From NCBI GenBank assembly GCA_964234715.1, contig OZ174286.1: a stretch of DNA of 64,000 nt; one strand, given 5' to 3'. Both the position numbers and the translations under genes were made by a program. Of the stretch, positions 60,301 through 64,000 are shown one piece after another; position 1 is the first letter of the stretch, and every line of letters starts with the position of its first letter. This stretch comes from Podarcis melisellensis (taxonomy: Eukaryota). The notes under the pieces are model-generated. The model was given only the letters and a program-made list of their open reading frames with translations. It ran no database searches and was not told the origin of the DNA.

Positions 60301-63300
60301 ATGACTCACCCAGTAGATATGCTTCTGGTGGTGGTCCTGCATGTCCTTCCCCTTCTGCTTCAGAGTCTTTGTCCTCACCCCCTGAAGACGAGGAATCTGA
60401 CTCCAGGGTTACAAACTGTGCCACTCATTCGCTCTGGGAGAAAAGTTTCTGCTAACACCAACAGAAGCTTTCCTTTTGGGGCAATAAGCAGGCACAAAGG
60501 GAGAAGCATTTCGATCAAAGCCATCATTCACTATTTAATTAGTCTCCAGTATTTTTATGCTATTTTTTCTGGGCATGCTCTCCCAATGTAGCTCGTATAC
60601 AGGATTAAAACATAAAATACAACTAAAATAATATATTTACCATTAAAAAAAACATAGACATTGCTCTACACAAATATAAGTTGGCAGCATTATTCCTGAA
60701 GAATGAGTGGCCATTTTATAGCTGCAGTGAATTAACACTGCACGTTTAAGTACAGCCCAGAATCCCTCTTTCCTCTCTTCCCTTGAAATACCCTGCTACA
60801 GGCCTGTGATTTGAGAGCCCTGCCAGGGAGCTCTAAACTTGTTACTCTACCAACACCTTTGTGAAGTTGGTTCTACAAACAGCCACGGACATCCAATTCT
60901 TTACTTGCCAAGTTAGTGATTTTCAGATTCGTGGCATGTTCCTTGAAACTTGCATGTACCTGATCATTTAATCCCAGACTGAGATGCTGTCTTTATTTGC
61001 GCAGACAGCACTTGACACATTTGGAAGGCAGCATTAAGGACATCCCTTACATTAGCCAAGTATCATGTTCTGGCAGTTCATCTGTAACATCTATGCTGTC
61101 TATGACCTTTCACATATAAACTGTGATAGGTTAGGAAGGAGAAAAAGCACCAATTACTATACATAATATGAATATGGAAAAGGGCAGCATTTAAAGTGGG
61201 GTGTGTGATCTATGACCTTTTCACCACTGGGGACATCAAGCACGTTGTCAGTCTTGTCAGCTCTGAAACCTGAGGACTCAAGTCAGTCACTAGCTCTCAG
61301 ACGTAAGCAGGCTAAAAACACAGGTTGATAGTGTGATCTCATTGACGTCAGTGGGGGTCTGAGCTGCATTAAATGCAAACAAGCTATCACAATATCTTCA
61401 AGTTATTCCCTTTATTTCTGATTCCCTGAGGTGAATGTTGCTGCATATGCAGCCAAACTAGCACCATCCAAGCACAAGAGAGATAGATCAGCAGGTTCGG
61501 GGGAGCATTAAAGTGTGCTAAAATACAAAAACCTAAGGGAGGGACTCTCTGAAACAGCCCACAGAATGCTGGGGGGGGATGGGCAGAAACCTGGGTAGGA
61601 GATAGGGATGTGAAGGCCTGAAGAAAATGGAGGAAAATGGGGGGAAACCTAGATAATTGTTCAATCTTTTATCCTCAGCCTTCAAATCTTTCATGGAAGA
61701 GGATGGAATGAAGTATTGAAGAGGGCATGGCTGGCTGGAACACTGAACAGAGGACTCCACACAACAACACTTAGTCCTGCTTGACTATCTGAATAGAGAC
61801 CTAGTGTTGTCCTTTTACCATTGTTCTTTCATCAGTGCTGTTCTTCCATCGCTTTCCAGCTCCTTGCCCTGATTACCAGACTCAGCTCGGAAATCAAGTT
61901 GTAAGAGGTTTGCTCTTCTAAGCCAGAATCCCATACTCACAAAGGCCCAGAGCAAGGAAGAGGTTTGTTGACGTATCTGCAATTTTTTTGAAACTAGAAT
62001 GGAAAAGATGGGTGCTCAGAAAGACAGCAGCCAGTGCCTTTGTAAGAGCTGCTGTAATCAGCTGATCGACAGTGCTTGCAAGGGCACAGCCCAGCAAAGC
62101 TACGTCTCCATGCCCCCACACCTGACAGCAAATATGACATCAGATGTGTGACTTGATCAAAACAGCCCAGCAGGCCAAATAGTGAGATCTAGTGGCCTCA
62201 TTAGGCCTGCAGGCCAGAGGTTTTCCACCAGTGCTGTATACACTTCACTGCATGAACACACAAAACCACCTCCCTGTGTACTGACATAACTGGAAGTTAG
62301 CACTCAGCACAAGCTGACTGAAAGCTACAACTGCTGCAGATCACAATGTGGAGAGGGGGTTGGGTGAAATTTGAACCTGGGTGTCCCATCTTCAAAGCCA
62401 ACTCTCTCCAAATTATTTGGAGGTTGCTCCTTCCCTCCATCTGTTATTCTATGCCTGTAATTTTTGTTTTCCTCTCCTCTCCTCCCCTACCCCACAAAAA
62501 TATTCAGGAAAATCCCCCCCACATACACAGTTTTTACGATCTACATGTAGGGTGGAGAGTTCTGGGTGCACCTGTTGATCTAGTTTTAATATTGTTTAAT
62601 ATTATTTTTATTCAATATTGTTATTTGAATAATATAGACCTAGCCCTTACTCCTGCCAGTTCTCCTCCCTTGGTCTACAGTTTCCTTCATTCACCAATAT
62701 GAGCTAACCAATGTGTTTTGTTCAACATTAAGCAAGTTGAAATTTATCAGAAGAGACTATTGGACAATTTTCCGTCCCTCCCATGAATTCTTAGTAATGC
62801 ACCACAAATGCACACACACACACCAGCCATAACAAGGGGGGAGATCATGGCAAGGCATTTTGCTTACTGCCTTCTCATATTTCCTTCCATAAAGAGCTTC
62901 ATCTTCACAGCACTCCAAAGTTTAGGAGAGAAACAAGGCTCATTTCAGGGCCATCCCGAGACATTTCGCTACCTCAGGTGAATGACAAGATGGTGCCTCC
63001 TCTCATTCCATGTACAAAAAACTGACCAGTCAGCCAAATCTGATTTCAGCACTGGCAATGGTTCAGCATCAGGGCTGGCCCACCCATTAGGCTCATTAGC
63101 TCAGGTGATGGGCTGCAGAGAGGTGACAGACCTGGACCCGCGAAGAGTGCGCCACTCACTGACTCCTGTGCCTGTCACCCATGTGCTGCCTGGAAAGAAC
63201 AGGACCGCTGCTGCCACTGCCTGCTCCTCTCTGGACTCATTTTTTCCCCACCGCCACCTTCCAGGGCTTCCCTGAGCCACCTGAGGTGGTGGTGGTGCAT

Positions 63301-64000
63301 GGATCAGGCCAATGGCCCACCTAGTCTAGGGTTCTGTTACCACACTAAATGTTGCAGTGTGCAGTCCTCTGTTTGCCCTTCCAGCCTGTGGGAAACCAGT
63401 AAGCTGGACATGAACTCAACCACACTCTGCCATGTGAAATGCACATTGATAGAGGATGACTATGATTTTAAAGTAATACATTATACCTCCCCATAGTGGG
63501 GAGAATTGTGAACAGTGCGCTGTCCAAGTACTGTTGATGGGCAACTTCAAGACTTCTCTTGCCCTCCCTTCTCAGGGTTCTTTTTCTTTTGTTTAAGCTG
63601 GACTTGGGTCCCATCTGCACTATGCATTTAAACCAGTGGCAAACAACTATAAACAGTCATGGCTCCCTGCAAAGAATCCTGGGGACTGTAGGGGACTGGG
63701 GGCTGAGAGTTGTAAGAAGACTCCATATTCTCTCAACATAACTGCAATTCCCAGAGTGGTTTAACCATCAATCTCCCTTCCTAGGGACTTCTGGAAATTG
63801 TAGCTGTCTGAGGATAATAGGTCCCTAACAGCTCTCAGCGGCCTTAAAAAACTTCAGTTCCCAGGATTCTTTGGGGGAAGTCATGATTTTTAATGGGGTA
63901 TAACAGTGCTTTAATTGTATGGTGCTGATGTGGCCCTTGGGCAGACAACCCTGCTCATAATCTCTACTAGTCATATGGGCCTCCTTTTCTTTAATTTTCT

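Noticed and set aside
60095-60424. Acidic ORF (ESDSSSSGGEDKDSEAEGE) resembling the acidic DYNC1I1 exon 7
   Set aside because: Lies upstream of the promoter and looks like an LTR-type remnant; exon 7 was not found and presumably lies beyond the left edge.
63516-63536. GCGCTGTCC REST/RE1 half-site
   Set aside because: The second half-site and spacing do not match; I found no full RE1 in the window despite the neuronal gene.

Overview
Vertebrate genomic DNA, almost certainly from a squamate (lacertid-type) lizard, judged from Sauria SINEs, BovB, Squam-type SINEs and lizard MITEs. The only protein-coding gene I can support is the 5' part of DYNC1I1 (neuronal cytoplasmic dynein-1 intermediate chain 1) on the minus strand. 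It has a CpG-island promoter with a non-coding exon 1 (donor at 44768) and coding exons at 31632-31739, 29867-29981, 26266-26407 (with alternative acceptors), 17965-18024 (cassette) and 15652-15767. The gene continues past the left edge. Spliced product: [36 protein letters not shown]|[38 protein letters not shown]|[48 protein letters not shown]|TLQWDTDPSVLQLQSDSELG|[38 protein letters not shown]. The rest is intron or upstream intergenic DNA rich in SINEs, LINE fragments (L1, L2, CR1, RTE/BovB), Tc1/mariner and hAT MITEs and solo LTRs; nearly all listed ORFs are spurious. The best candidate for novelty is a 39-nt frame-preserving microexon (23471-23509, minus) between exons 4 and 5, with neural microexon cis-elements, encoding (R)IQARSLYRRSSS(T), which I do not recognise from mammalian IC-1 isoforms. 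Other observations: a Ser-to-Pro change at the equivalent of the regulatory IC-2C S84 site, two SINEs inserted at the same nucleotide, Tc1/mariner excision footprints, co-oriented CTCF motifs and promoter-proximal solo LTRs. All homology calls come from recognition of the sequence; no database searches were run.
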